A stretch of 56,403 bases of DNA, counting the filler, from Sphacelaria rigidula (lineage: Eukaryota): the NCBI GenBank assembly GCA_964200075.2. It is 6 parts of 6 records of this genome, joined end to end, with 100 filler letters (N's around TTAATTAATTAA, not from the genome) between each part and the next. Parts side by side here need not be neighbours in the genome. Positions count along the whole stretch, not along the records: positions 9,419 to 18,736 come from CAXNAA020008760.1; positions 18,837 to 28,154 come from CAXNAA020008761.1; 4 more parts are not named here. One strand, 5' to 3'. The number at the start of each line of letters is the position of its first letter. The first letter of the stretch is position 1. The notes beneath the pieces are model-generated. The model ran no database searches and was not told the DNA's origin. It worked only from the letters and a program-made list of their open reading frames with translations. Both the position numbers and the translations under genes were made by a program. Of the stretch, positions 13,871 through 26,856 are shown piece after piece.

Positions 13871-14538
13871 AAATTTTCGGACTGGCAAGGTACCCGATGA
13901 TTCTCGAATGCTTGCGAGCGCCGCGGGCTACACACACGGCAGCTCTCCAATGTGCCGTGTTGCAGAGCCAATTTTTCAGACTTCTCCACCAGTGGAGCTT
14001 GGGAGAAAAAATCAAGCCGCTTCATCCTCGGAGAAATCTGAACCCCCAGAATCCGGGAAATCCGAAGAATGTTTCAACCCTTTTGGGACTGAAGCTCACC
14101 AAAACCACGTTGACGACGTGTTAGTAAAATAATAATTAACAAGTCTGGGAGCGACCTGTCCAATCAGGGCGAGGCGAAATTTATCGACCACATCAAAACG
14201 ACCAGTGGGGGGGGGATTGTTGCCGGGAGTGATGTCACTGCAAAGTTGGTGTACTCTGTCCCTGGCCCACAGAGAAGTCTTCGAAGCCAAAGAAAACCTA
14301 CATTCTCGGGGGCCGGATTCCCGAATTTTTCATCATTTACTTGAATTTTATGTAGGCCCGACCTCCCATCCCCCGATTTGTTTTTGGGTCACCATCCTAT
14401 AGTAAATCCTAGTTGATAGCACCAACATGTCATGCTCGGGGGAAATGCGGGAATAAATGTACCCCACTATATATGTGGTCATGTTCACAAGGCGACTGAA
14501 TGTAGTGACGCAGTACAACAAGAGACGGAGCTAGAGTC

Positions 14539-14895
14539 ATGAGTTCTGCGTTTCCCTCTGTCGAGGCGGTACAAGCGGCGGTGAGGTCTTTTGTTGACGG
14601 GGTCGACGAGGAAGCTGTATACATGCAGCTGATCTCTGTCGCGGAGGGCTGCCCATCGAGAACGCAGGAGTATGCCGAGCTAGCCGCCAAGGCTGTATCA
14701 GAGGCCTTTTGTGTGTGCTCTGAAACGCCGGAGCCCTTCGAGAATAACTCGCCGGTGGCAACGAAGAGGGGGCGAGCAGTGCATCCCGACCAACCCGGAT
14801 TATGTGGGCAGGCAATGGGCGCGACCATTGCCTCAGTCAGGACCGAGGACGTATTGGCGCGGGGCGGGGCGACAGGCAACCGCTATCGCAATCAG
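14539..14895 (+). CDS. Probable first exon of an unknown gene (119 aa)
   Basis: ATG-started ORF with protein-like composition (MSSAFPSVEAVQAAVRSFVDGVDEEAVYMQLISVAEG...) ending at CAG|GTGGGT in phase 0. No downstream exon identified. Confidence 0.4.
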
Positions 14896-17800
14896 GTGGG
14901 TAGTTTATTGTGCACAAGTGTGCTCGGCCAGTCGTGGGTGAAGCGCATGCCCGAACTGGATAATAGTATGAACAGTATGTAGAGGTCGTGAAATTGAAGA
15001 TGACGACCGAAATTTTCCGTCAGCTGCGGCTTCATCGTGGTCCGCCGAAGGGTTCGACCGCAGTGCCTGCGCTATCTCTAGTTCGTCATAGTTACCTGTG
15101 TGTAGTTAGTTCCATTTATATAGATGGGTGAGACGACATCTGTAAACTTCGGTAGCGTCGTGTGTTTTTCTGGACCTGGGGGACTGTAGTCACTGATATT
15201 GCGCCGTGTGTACAAGGTACGGAGGATAACACCCCCTGCGCATGACGAACTCGCAAGTGCCCCGCCCCTGTCGCGCGCCAGACCAGAGTAAACGGCAAGG
15301 GTTGAGCAGTGGCATTGATAGATCTCACCCTGTTTTTAACATCGTTTACAGCGCACTCCTGTTGAGATTTGATCCCGTCTGTGGTCGGTGTGCACATCCG
15401 GTTTGCGGAAGCCTCCGCTGTGGGGTGTTTCGGACATGGTGATGTCGACGGAGGGACGTTCACATGTGACTTACGTACTCCCCATCCCTTCAGTGTAGAG
15501 CACGCGCCCGCTACATCAACATATTTGTAAACTGGTGCTCTCGTCCTATCGGTGCTGTATGTTTCCTGCTTCTCTGTCGCATCCTTCTCTGATATAGTAA
15601 AGAACCAGCGCACTCAGCAATACGGTCCATGCTGGTCGGCACTGGCTGTATCTCCCGTATACAAGCCAGGAACGACTGTGTCATGATTATTTACATTCAT
15701 TGCCTCTGTGGAGGGTCTACGGATTCCTTTCGACTCAATACCATACAGTGCCATCGCACTTCGTCTTCGGAATAGTCCGGTGTACCGTTGGAGGTCGTGT
15801 GCACCCTCCCCGAATTGCGGCGTTGTGTAGGCTTCGTATCCCAGTGGAAGTCGATATTGGCGTGCTGGTGGCTACGGCAGCCGAGTGCGTCTCTGAAGTA
15901 TTGAATATCGTCGATGAAGAAGCTTAAGTATGGAGTATTCCAGGTCGTACGCAATGCAAGTCGATGTGGGCGCGCCTCCCACCAGCGTTGACAAGCGAAC
16001 GGCAGGAAAATATCGATACGATCTTTTCAAATATCGACGAAAAACGTGGATACCGTATCGATGTTTCGACAGATGCTCGGAAAATGACCGGTCAACCGGT
16101 GGCCTAATTTTCTGGGCCGTTTTTTTTTTGCATTTTTTGCAGGTCATTTGTTGCAATAAAAGCCCCGGGAAAAGTCCTGACAGAGCGAGTTTGCGTATGC
16201 AAATGAGCCCCCGCGAGGTCAATGGTCTTATGACTATGGCATGCATGATCATGAGTACACCCCAGCTCGCGATTCCGATGCTGAGGATCTCCGAAAATCG
16301 CTATCGTTCCTGGAAATTTCGATACTCGATTCTTAGCACTTCCCCCCGCGTGCAGGGGTAACTCGAAGTGGCATAATATAATAGCGCGCCATGGGCGATC
16401 GCGCCCGAGCTTTCGAAATCGCCGCTCGGCAAAAATCGAACAATGAGACTTCCGAGGGAGACGTATCGCATGGCTCATGTCTTATATCACTGTGCTGCAG
16501 CACAGTCAGACCCATGCTCTGTCTCGTGTGCTGTAGCTGTCGCTGCGCTGTGGGTTAGTGATTACTTTGTGATACGGTTTTATCTCCGCTGGGACTGCCG
16601 GAGGTGCTTAATTGTCATTGCGCTCGTCACTATGAACAACGAAGTTGTCGGTACGCATTGCTATCTGCGCACTGTTGAAACCTTCATCGTGTGTTGGCTT
16701 TTGCGTGTTGACTCGAACGAAGAAGGCAACTCCCGATCCCATCATTTCTATGCTGGAGTTGTTGTCGTGCTGTTGATGATGCACATGCTGTACGACGCAG
16801 ACGGTGCGATGGGCGCTGGAGAGTGCGGGAACATTTGTGTTGCTTCATGCAATCCTTCGGTCTGCACAGGGTCCGGGTGGGATCAAAGACTAAAGTGCTC
16901 TCTGAACATAAAGGTTGAAACAATCGTCACGTGACGGCTGGGCACCTGTCTGTTGGGTTTTCTCCGGTGCTCCAGTTGTAGTCGGGTGCTACGGTGTGGG
17001 AAAAAACGAATTGTGTGTGCGTGCAGGCCGGGGCTAACTACTTGAGCCAGCACGGACCTCCTGTATCCCCCGAAATAAATGGTAACATCTGTTTTTCTCG
17101 CACCGGCACAACGTGTGGGCCAATCAAACTTCCATATCGGCTCGTGTTCCACTAGCTTTTCTCATCTGCTTGAAGGAAGGTCGCCGAATCTTGGTGTATT
17201 TCAAGACTCTGATTGGTGAAAACACCGTGCCGCCTAAAAATGTTCCCCTTATCTGTGGGCCCTGTGTGTCGATGTGGGATGTTGTGAATACCCGGTGCCT
17301 AGACCCCCTTGGTTGCAAGTAAGATACCTCCTGTATCATGTCTTGGGGTTCTGCGATCATGTAGATGGGGATGTGCACTCGCCATCATTTCCCGTCGAAG
17401 AGTCCGAGTGAGTTTTGGGAGGTACTGTTGTCTCCGGCAAGTCTTGCGCATGGACCCAACGTCCGATGTTCAATGTGTAGGAATATATCACGGCCCGGCT
17501 GATAACTTGCGCGCTTCGACCTATCCGACTGTACTGCTCACGCGTTGATGCTGACGTCCCCCTCATCCCTTGCCCCTCCTCCGGCCCTGCCTTGCCTTTC
17601 TGGTGTTGTACTCGTTGGGGGTGGTATGACTCGGGGATGCTTACGTGTTCGCATCTATGCAGGCCTGCTATGAGGGGGCCGCGGCCCTCAATGCAACGGG
17701 GTGGAAAGTGCAACTACACCGCCGGGAGTGTTATACCCAGGCGTGTAGGGCGCTGCTCCCGGGGCATGGGCCCATGCATGCGGCCGTTGTTGAGCAGTTC

Positions 17801-18736
17801 CGTGCCAGTAGCCTGTAGAGTGGGAGTCTTTTTCGGGATTGCGTGATCCGGCATGCTGCATGTTGCCGTATCCCTCTTGTCTGGGACAGTCTTCCCCGCG
17901 CGATGTCTGTCTACGACCGCCGTCTCGGGGTGGGCGCAGGGGGGAGGGAATTTTCCGCTGATGTCCCTGTGTGTATACCCCGCCCCGGCATATGTAGTTT
18001 GTGGTGATATCACTATCAGTGGTGCACGGCCATTTCAGACGGAGACTACCCTGCAGATGCATGGATATTCGGTTACTGTTCTGCGCGTGCAAAAGGGAGC
18101 GCGAGGTGGGGACGTTGTGATTTCAGTCTGTGGTGTGACCCCCCTGCACTGGTGTACTTTTTCGTGTTTTTCTCCCTGCCGCCTTGGGGAGTTTTTGAGG
18201 GGGGGGATGGGGGGTGCGCCGCCGAAATTGCAGGCCGTCGTATTGTGATCGTCGATGTCACGTGATCGGGGTGTGAGTGTGTTGCGGCGTGTTGGCGGGT
18301 TCCTCTCTCCGTTGCGGTGCTTGTTCGGAATCCTGTGCCTATTTTGTACTGAATCGACACGGGCTGCTGTTCGTCTTGCCGTCGGGGCCTCCGCTTGCGG
18401 GTGCAGGACTCATGATACTTGATTATGTATGCCGGGAATTCACAACATTTTGCATGACCACCTACAATTTGTTGTCATAATGATGAACGATTCGAGCGTG
18501 TAGTGCGTCCAATCTTTTCACTACTAGCGACGATACCGATTGTGCTTGTGTTGATATCTTCTGTCTGCGCGGTGAATCACTCGGATGCTCGCTCTCTTCT
18601 CTTTCGGGGGGGGGGCGATGACTCCAGTGCTAGCCCAATCCCCCCCCCCCTCCCTTTCCTACTTCACCAGTCGTCGCTACTTCGCAGGCGTTGTCATGAG
18701 GTCAAGCGGGGGGGCGGGGGGGGGGGGCCCTCACGA

Positions 18737-18836
18737 NNNNNNNNNNNNNNNNNNNNNNNNNNNNNNNNNNNNNNNNNNNNTTAATTAATTAANNNNNNNN
18801 NNNNNNNNNNNNNNNNNNNNNNNNNNNNNNNNNNNN
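18737..18836. other. Artificial assembly linker
   Basis: N44-TTAATTAATTAA-N44. Confidence 0.98.
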
Positions 18837-20834
18837 CACATCGAGAGCAAAGTTGCGCAGTAGTGGAATGGTGATGCTCCGCGGCGTTGTGTGCACACAG
18901 ACCTCGACGCAGCCCGCTTGGGGATTCGTTGTCCCGACCCGGAACCATCTGTGTACCCGCATTTTTTTCCGCGTGAAACGAGGTAGACAGCAAGGGAACG
19001 ATCCGAGCCTGTACTGTATCCTCGAAGCTAGAGCACAATATATGACGGGAGCGAGCACGGCGGTGCACGCTGGTGCTGATATCGCTACTTGTGCCGACGG
19101 CAACCGAAGGCGAAAGTGTGCACCGAAGCGGCAGCACGGAAAAATAAATTGTACGTTGTTGATACCCAAAATCCGGGACTCTTGCTGCACTGTGCCCAAG
19201 CAAGGCACAGGAGGACAGCATGCAATGCAGTAGTCAGCACACAATGAGAGCTTGATCTCTTGTGAGGTAAAACCCCATACATTATGAAATTAGGCCTGAC
19301 CGCCTCCTAGAAGGCAGCCTCACCCTGCCTTCATGTCCTCACGGACGGAGGCTCGAGTTGTTTGAGCCCGTTGCAAAACGCAAAGAGACGAACAGAACTG
19401 AGAGCAACATCAACTCAAAAATCCGAACCACAGACAGTAGTTCAAATCCAGGTGTTCACAGAAATGATCATCCTCTTGTATATTATTGTACGAACCAGAG
19501 TCAATGGCTCCTCCCAACTGTCAAGCTTACTGGTGAGAACTCACTTGGAACTCAAACAAACAACGGCGGTAAAAGCTGATCGTGTCATGGATCCGGGACA
19601 GTGTGATCAAGGGAGACGCTCAGGACACTAGAGCGACTAACTTACGCAGAAATTACATCCGTATCCGGTCATGGTACGAGGAAGCAGATAGAGAAATTCC
19701 TTCATCCAACAAACGTTCCGGGAACGCTGTCTGTTGTGCACAAACATTCGATGCGCAGCAGACAAGACAATCAAACATACAACTTGTAACTCATCATATC
19801 GACTGCTATTCAGAACATCGACTTGGAACTTGCAACAAGCTGGCATCTCTCGACGGCCAAATCAAAGATTCATATCCAAACGCCGCTCTACTCCGAGACA
19901 TGTATAGCCGAGAGATTACAAACCCCTACACCACCAGCCCCTGCAGTACCGTAACACAACCTCACGAAACATCGTCAAAGGTAATCCTCATGTCAAGCGC
20001 AGTAAGAAAAAAGTTCATGATCATTGTTCACTCCAACAGTACCTGCATCCGATCACTTATACCCGATCTTCGATCTACGGCAAAACTCTCATACCCCGGG
20101 ATGAATATCTTACACGGAACAACCTCGAGCGGGCAAAATTGTTGACCACACGTCTTCATTGATGTTGATAAAGTCTTGTTTAACCCGCACTGTCGACATG
20201 TCAGTACTCATGGTCATGCATGCCATCGACATGTCAGTAGGGGAAAATGAAGAAAAAAAAAGGTCCACACGGTCGCTGCCACGACATGGAGAGGTCTCGT
20301 CACAAAGTGGGGCTCAACTCGATAGAACAAAGTAGAAACGTTAGTGTCGTTGCGACGAAAGCAATGGTGTTCATCTCAATTGGGGATATCTCTTTACCGA
20401 GTCCCCCCCCCCTCCCAGCAATGGGAGCCGCCGGTACAAAATATAAGATGCGTACGGAACAACCTGCAAGGGCCGTTCTTGGCACAATCAGCGACGGTCC
20501 AGGAAGTGCCAACAACACTGAGTTGTGTGGTGCAGCAAGCCGCACAAACTCGGTTTATAGCATCCGCCGAGCGCCTGGCAAACCGGCTTACGCAGTCCAG
20601 CACCTGTCGGAGGAGTGGCACAAGCTCAGCGTCTAGTTGCCACGAGCTGCCCTTCGTACTCCGGATGGAAGACGCCCCAACCTGAGTGATTGTCAAGAAC
20701 GAGAACAGTTGATGGTTGCGTGAAACGACTGCACGCGGTCACCACATGTTCGTATTCGGGGCCCTTTAGGTGGCCGGTGTCCTTTCGAGATCCGCATATG
20801 GTTTTTGCGAACCGGGGGAAAACTGTCGATACGG

Positions 20835-21226
20835 TGTAGTGCGCGAGAGGATCGCGTGCTTGGAGGACCGTGCCGTAGGTCAAAATACCCCAGGATCGAC
20901 GTTCTTCAATGCCAATCGGGTCAGTCCGTGCAGGTACCACGCCCCTGACCATAACCCCAACACTAACCATAGGCGTGTTCAAATTCCGATGCGGTCCTCC
21001 TAAGCGCGCGGTCCTCTCACTCATTACAACGGTGTAATGCGTGAGAGGACCGCGCGCTTAGGAGGACCGCATCGGAATTTCGACATCCCTGTGGTTGGGG
21101 TTGGGGTTATGGTCAGGGGCGTGGTACCTCCAGGGACTGACCCGATTGGCATTGAAAAACGTCGATCCTGGGGTGTTTTGACCTACGACACGGTCCTCCA
21201 AGCACGCGGTCCTCTCGCGCATTACA
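20835..21226. mobile_element. Two inverted copies of a ~194-bp TGT...ACA MITE (Ginger-like termini)
   Basis: Copies at 20835-21028 and 21033-21226, terminal inverted repeat (TIR) TGTAATGCGTGAGAGGACCGCGTGCTTGGAGGACC. ACGG occurs left of, between and right of the copies (20831, 21029, 21227). Confidence 0.85.
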
Positions 21227-22672
21227 ACGGCACACTGTATAGTAGTAGCAGGGCGACGTCGTGAACTGCGTCAACACGATCTGTTTGTTGTACACATGTG
21301 CTCCGTTTGAATTTTTCATCGGAGCGTATTTCAGATATTTCTGGCAAAGATATCCGCATGAATCCGCGGATTGAACGAAGTGGCGGATATCCTGATATAC
21401 GTCCGGGCATATCGGCACATACGTTGTTGTGAGCCTAAATTATGCAACAATCATTGGCGCTCAACACGTCCCTGGGGAGGTGTTCAAGAAGAGTCGAGAT
21501 TCAGCTCTCGAAATTTCGGTCCATCGTGTCGATCCAACCATCGCCTGTACGTCATCCCACGTGTACTGCATGTGTGTGCACGACCATGCATAAAACGTAG
21601 AATTACTGCTCCATATCCATGCGACTCACGAGTGGGCAGTCATTGCTTCGCTTGCCCTAGTGTCGACGGTCCCCCCTGCCCCTGCCCCTGCCCCTGCCGC
21701 TCCCCCTGCCGCCGCCGCTGCCGCTGCCCCTGCCCTTGCCTGATCAGTGCATGGGCGACCACAACAAAGCAGTCACACGCGAGTGGATCCACTGTCAGCA
21801 CAGAAATGACAGCATCGAGACCTACGCGTCTGTGTCGACCCAAACAGAGCATCGTCCCAGAAGGATGCAGATAGCGCCGGCCAGCCGGTGACTCGTTGAT
21901 ACATCTGACGAGAGACATTATACCGTCCTTGATACATACGGCATTGCTCCAATTCAGCTCCTAGCGTGTCAAGCGATATACATGCGCTGATGGCAATTCA
22001 GGCGCATTCCATCACGACCAGAAAATGTACTGGTGGCGCACTGCGGATCCGCCCGTGACTTCAATAGGCATCAATCGGTTATAATAGAAAGCTTATTGCA
22101 ACAAGTAACATACGATGTAGATCAATGTACATATTGGCCACTCCATCGTCACGGTAACGGGGGTCTGCCGGGAGGAACGTTTCGGACACGGAGCTCCCCC
22201 CCCGCCCCCCCTCCTTCCGGAGGGCAACTGTTCGAAAATTTTCGCCAGTCATCACATTTTGTTTTGCGCTTTCGGAAGTTCTTGAAAGGAATTCAACAAC
22301 AAAGACTGACATAACCCCAGAAAATCTGGCGGGTTTCGCGAGGCTCGTATATTTGCCTCTGCTCCTCGCTCGCCCTCTCCCGATGACCTCTGATGCCGGC
22401 AACGCTCACAAAACCCGATGCGGTCCTTTAACCCTTGGACAGCGAGGCTAGTCTTCTGTTGAATCGGCGTCAATTCAAAGTAAAAAAAAAGTATGCATGA
22501 TCCAGAAAGACTAATCTCCCGGTCCAAGGTTCAAGCACGCGGTCCTCTCAAGCATCACACCCCGCGTTAAGCTAGCCGACCAACTGCAACATGGGCATGT
22601 GGTGGTGCTCCTGATCTTCTCTGATCGACGACAGTCCATGGATAATCCCACACCTCGGACCAGCGGAGGCAT

Positions 22673-22972
22673 TGTAGTGCGTGAGAGGACCGCGTGCTTG
22701 GAGGATCGCATCGGAATTAGAGCATCCCCGGGGTTTGGGTTAGGGTTAGGGTTAGGGCTATGGTCAGGGGCGTGGTACCTCCGGGGACTGATCCAATTGG
22801 TTTTGAAAAACACCGATCCTGAGGTGTTTTGAACTACGTTGCGGTCCTCTAAGCACGCGGTCCTCTCTCGCATTACAGCGTGCTTAGAGGAATGGTTTCG
22901 AAAAACGTCGGTCCTGAGGTATTTGGAACTACGATGCCGTCCTCCAAGCACGTGGTCCTCTCACGCATTACA
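22673..22972. mobile_element. Same TGT...ACA MITE family: full copy plus partial copy
   Basis: Full copy 22673-22877 with (TTAGGG)3 at 22740-22757; partial copy 22878-22972. The composite is flanked by GCAT (22669, 22973). Confidence 0.8.
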
Positions 22973-23946
22973 GCATGTTACTTGGTTAAGTAACTATACT
23001 TGACCGGAAATTCACCTGGTGTGAGCTCCACCGGTGCCGGTGTCGGTTCCGGAAGACCTGGAATCGCAGGGAGAGACGTATGCAGAGGTGTGGCCATCGC
23101 CAGTCAGGGTTCGAACGAAAAAGTGTATTGGCTCTCGCTTCGGTTCCAATTTACTGTCCTCGATCACTCCGGTGCATGTCAGTAGTCCCCGGCGCGAGAA
23201 CCAGTTCGCTCTTCTACAACCGCCTTTCCCCCGCCCCCGCCCCCCTCTCGCCACCTTTCACGTAGACTTACCGACCAAAATACACCTGCAGTGGTGATAC
23301 CAGCTTGCACTTGGGCGAGACTGTCGAGGACGGTAAGCCCCTCTCGCTCATTGACCGACCCCACAAAATATTCATCCACATCTTCATCGATGTCATTACC
23401 CTGCTGCATCACCAGCAGCAATGATGCTGTAAACTCACCCACACATAGCCCAGAGCCCTCGTCCCGAGACCCGCTAGTGCATTGACAAGGGTCAGCTGCT
23501 GGGTTGCCGCCCTCTATGCCGTTGGCTGAAAGCATAGCAAAGTGTGAGGGGACGTTTCGTCAGTGGATTCACACAGAACGTGGTGGGGCGTTTTTTTCGA
23601 GAAAGGAGGCGCTGCGACTGTTTGCGGCAAGCTGGTCCGAAGTTTTCATTTTGCCGACCCACAGCCCACGTAACTATCTGGTGGGGTGAGACACGCATGC
23701 TGCCAACCCGTTTGTTCAGAGCTCAACGAAGAGGTGTCACGCCCCGACTCTTTGACCAACCCACGCAACATCAACCAGGAAGGCGAATCCACCCTGCCGC
23801 GTATCTGTGTTTCAATCACTCACCCAGGCACACATTGCCGACACAGCACGCCGTGGTTCCACAGATCGTGGTGTTGTTGCCGCAACCTGCGTAGAGCAAG
23901 CGATATCAAAACGAACAGTTTTCAGGAGGACTCAGGCGCAAAGCTA

Positions 23947-24180
23947 CAGTGGGAGTGCACGATTTTTCGCGAAAACATGTTGAGTTCAAGCGCTCGTAAC
24001 GATTCTAGGTGCACAAAATTATGGATCGGAGCATTCCCGTTTTCAGATGCAATCGGGATATCCCCAGCGCATCAGAGTAGTAGTCGTGGTGCACCTTCCC
24101 ATGTCTTCAAAGGTCGTGTTGTGAAGAGATGAAGGGCTTTCAACAATTCCAACATCAGAAAATATTCATGAACCCCTCCG
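23947..24180. mobile_element. Tc1/mariner-like MITE family C, diverged copy
   Basis: Colinear with 11193-11427 (CGATTCTAG...ATGGATC...GGTCGTGTT...TCAGAAA); TA on both sides. Confidence 0.65.
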
Positions 24181-24424
24181 TAGCATCATTCTCAGTAAAC
24201 GGCGGACAATCCTGCCCTGAGGGCGGCGGAATACACACCATCAGATGAGAAGCGAGCGGTCGGTCGGCCCCGCCTTCGCAGCGTGTCGTACCGCCAACGA
24301 CATTCAGTGCCGATAGATCTGTAACGTCTCAACACCACAGAACCAAGGTCGTACGTGTGACCCCGCCTTGACCAAACGCAAGACAGAAATTTTGCCCCCA
24401 CGGTACTAGTCGGGGTTGTTTTTT

Positions 24425-24827
24425 TGTAATGCGCGTGCTCAGAGGACCGCATCGGAATTTCAACATCCCTGTAATGCGTGAGAGGACCGCGTGCTTAGAG
24501 GACCGCGCCGTAGTTCAAAATACCTCAGGATCGACGTTTTCCAAGACCAATCGGGTCGGTCCCTGCGGGTACCATGCCCCTGACCCTAACCCCAACCCTA
24601 ACCCTAACCATGGGATTGTTCAAATGCCGATGCGGTCCCCCAAGCACGCGGTCCTCTCACGCATTACAATCCCTGCGGTTGGGGTTCGGGTCGGGGTTAG
24701 TGTTGGGGTTTGGGTCAGTAGCGTGGTATCTGCAGGGACTGACCCGATTGACTTCGAAAAACGTCGATGCTGAGGTATTTTGAACTACGACGCGGTCCTC
24801 CAAGCACGCGGTCCTCTCACGCATTAC
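24425..24827. mobile_element. Same TGT...ACA MITE family: one copy nested inside another
   Basis: Inner copy 24470-24668 is flanked by ATCCC (24465, 24669) and sits in opposite orientation within the outer copy. CCCTAA-type repeats at 24584-24609. Confidence 0.85.
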
Positions 24828-25902
24828 GCCTCTTCAATATCATCATGGAGGCCCTCTTCTGAAATTATAGTTCATCATCCGCGGCGTCGATCGGAGACGG
24901 TCATACTGTAAGGTCTACAGTGTGCTGAGACTAAAGAGGGCGGACGTCCTCGGAAGAGAGGTCTCCACATCAGCACGAATACCTGGCGGTACAGGCCAAC
25001 TTCCCCGCGTTTGACAGCTGGGTGGGAAAGGATGCATATCAGTACGAATGCAGAAAGCGTTTATTGCACGATTTGTATCCGCGCAGTGTAAAACCCGACC
25101 AAGTTGACACCTGTGTGTTCCTAGTGCCAGTACAACGAGTACTGTAGAATAGACTGTACGATGCGAGCCACGCCTCGACAGGGCTAGAAAACCCGCGATT
25201 CACTCGTGAAAAAAAATCAACTCGCACTCCGTCCTATTCTGGAACCAAGTGAAAACCTTGCACCAGGGTGATCACGCGCCGGCCGGCCAGAGGAAGGTGA
25301 ATATCTTCAAGTGAGAGCACACTATTATAAAGGAATATCCGATCGATTCTGATAAAATAAAACTACAGCGACCGCCCCCGCCATTTTCAGACCGTCGTGG
25401 TGACGCCCGCCCTAGGTCTGGCACTGGAGGGGAGGAGACTTCCCCACCTGCCCGAGCAGGTCCGCAGTGAGCCTTCGACAGAAAACACTCATCTCCTTGG
25501 CTGCGTTGTGCGGCCGCGTCTTGCTCGGCACGGCGTATAAAACCCAGGGGCATCTGCCCTCAACATGTAGATAACCTAAACTTGTGGTTATTTTCGGCTT
25601 TGGTGCCAGCCTCGACCAATAGGGGGGCGATGTGAAGAAGGATGGCAAGATCTAGTCCTGTCTCCGCGCGGATTTTGGTTGGGAAGAGTTCTTGTTTTTC
25701 GGTATCGCTGCGGCATCGTGCATGATCATCCTTTCAAGCCGCGCAGCGCATAAAGGGTCTTGGGTCGCCGAAACTGCCGCGTCGGCACCTACCTGCGGCT
25801 TCAGTCCACACATACGTCAACTGTCACCATCATCAGACTCCTGGTGTGCTGTGTTGGGGCGCCTAATCTTCAAAAATACCGCCTCCACATCATTGAAAAA
25901 TT

Positions 25903-26315
25903 GTATCAAACAGACAATTCTATAAAATGAGGTTCAAGCCCGAAACAGTACTTTTTCCACACTTTCAGCAGTGGTGCCCAATGACTTCCTCGTCGGCCTC
26001 ATGTCTCTCGATCGCGTAGATACTTCTTGGGCGCATTTTACCGACTGTGAGCTTACAGCGCTGACCGAAACCGTCGTTTTTTCTGATATCACCCCCCCCC
26101 AAAAAAAACATGAGCAGAAACGACGGTTTCGGACGGCGCTGTGGGCTCACAGAGTCGGTCAAATGCGCTGAAGAATTGTCTACTCGATCGAAGAGCACTG
26201 GGCCGATAAGAAAGTCATTGGGCACGATCGCTGAAAGTGTGGGGAGGGCACTGTTTTGGGCTCGAACCTTATTCCATCGATGAACCTCATTTTATAAAAT
26301 TGTCTGTTGACACTG
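25903..26315. mobile_element. Foldback (near-palindromic) element, ~410 bp
   Basis: Left arm ACAGACAATTCTATAAAATGAGGTTC...GAAACCGTCGTTT pairs with right arm AAACGACGGTTTC...GAACCTCATTTTATAAAATTGTCTGT around a short C/A-run loop; the right end is CACTG-TA (Tc1-like). Confidence 0.75.
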
Positions 26316-26790
26316 TACTCGATTATACTTACGCTCCAGGATTGCAACGGTACATCTGCCTGGATACAAGGGAAATGGATACCACGCTTAGATCATGGCA
26401 TACAGGAGAGGTACGAATACGAAACTAGATCTATTATCTGAGGTATACCCGATGTAGTGCTTGCAGTACATATCTACCGGGGGCACACGATTTCTCGCGT
26501 GGCGAAAAGATGGGATCATGACGTGTGATTTTGCATGAACGATTTCCCGCCCCCTTCCTCCAGTGTGTAAGCGTGAGTGTGCGGTGTGCGAACGGAGTGC
26601 TTACATGGGGTTTTCACGTTCACATAGAGAGTATAATATACATCTTTCTCCTGAGTAATTAATACACCAACGGAGGTCCCACGACCCCTTCCAAACATGG
26701 ACTATTGCGTCAGCCTTCAAGTACCCCCCCCCCTCTCCACTGCATGATCATGTGTACATGATCATGTGTACCCCCCCCCCCCCTCCTCCG

Positions 26791-26856
26791 TCTCGAAAAG
26801 GATGCGTGGTCAATGGTCAAATGAATAAGGCAAGCAACAAATGAGTACGCCCCCCC
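26791..26856 (+). repeat. Dispersed ~65-bp repeat bordered by C-runs (also 47481-47549 and 56070-56136)
   Basis: GATGCGTG.TCAATG...TAAGGCAAGCAACAAATGAG(T/A)ACGC occurs at three sites on two contigs. Confidence 0.7.

Noticed and set aside
19582-20145. 187-aa plus-strand ORF
   Set aside because: Non-ATG start, no recognisable motif and no convincing splice sites.
21674-21740. GQ/RQ-repeat peptide ORF
   Set aside because: Simple CCCCTG/CCGCTG hexamer repeat with no splice or homology support.
22740-22757. Chromosome end or true telomere
   Set aside because: Only three units, internal to a MITE with TIRs.
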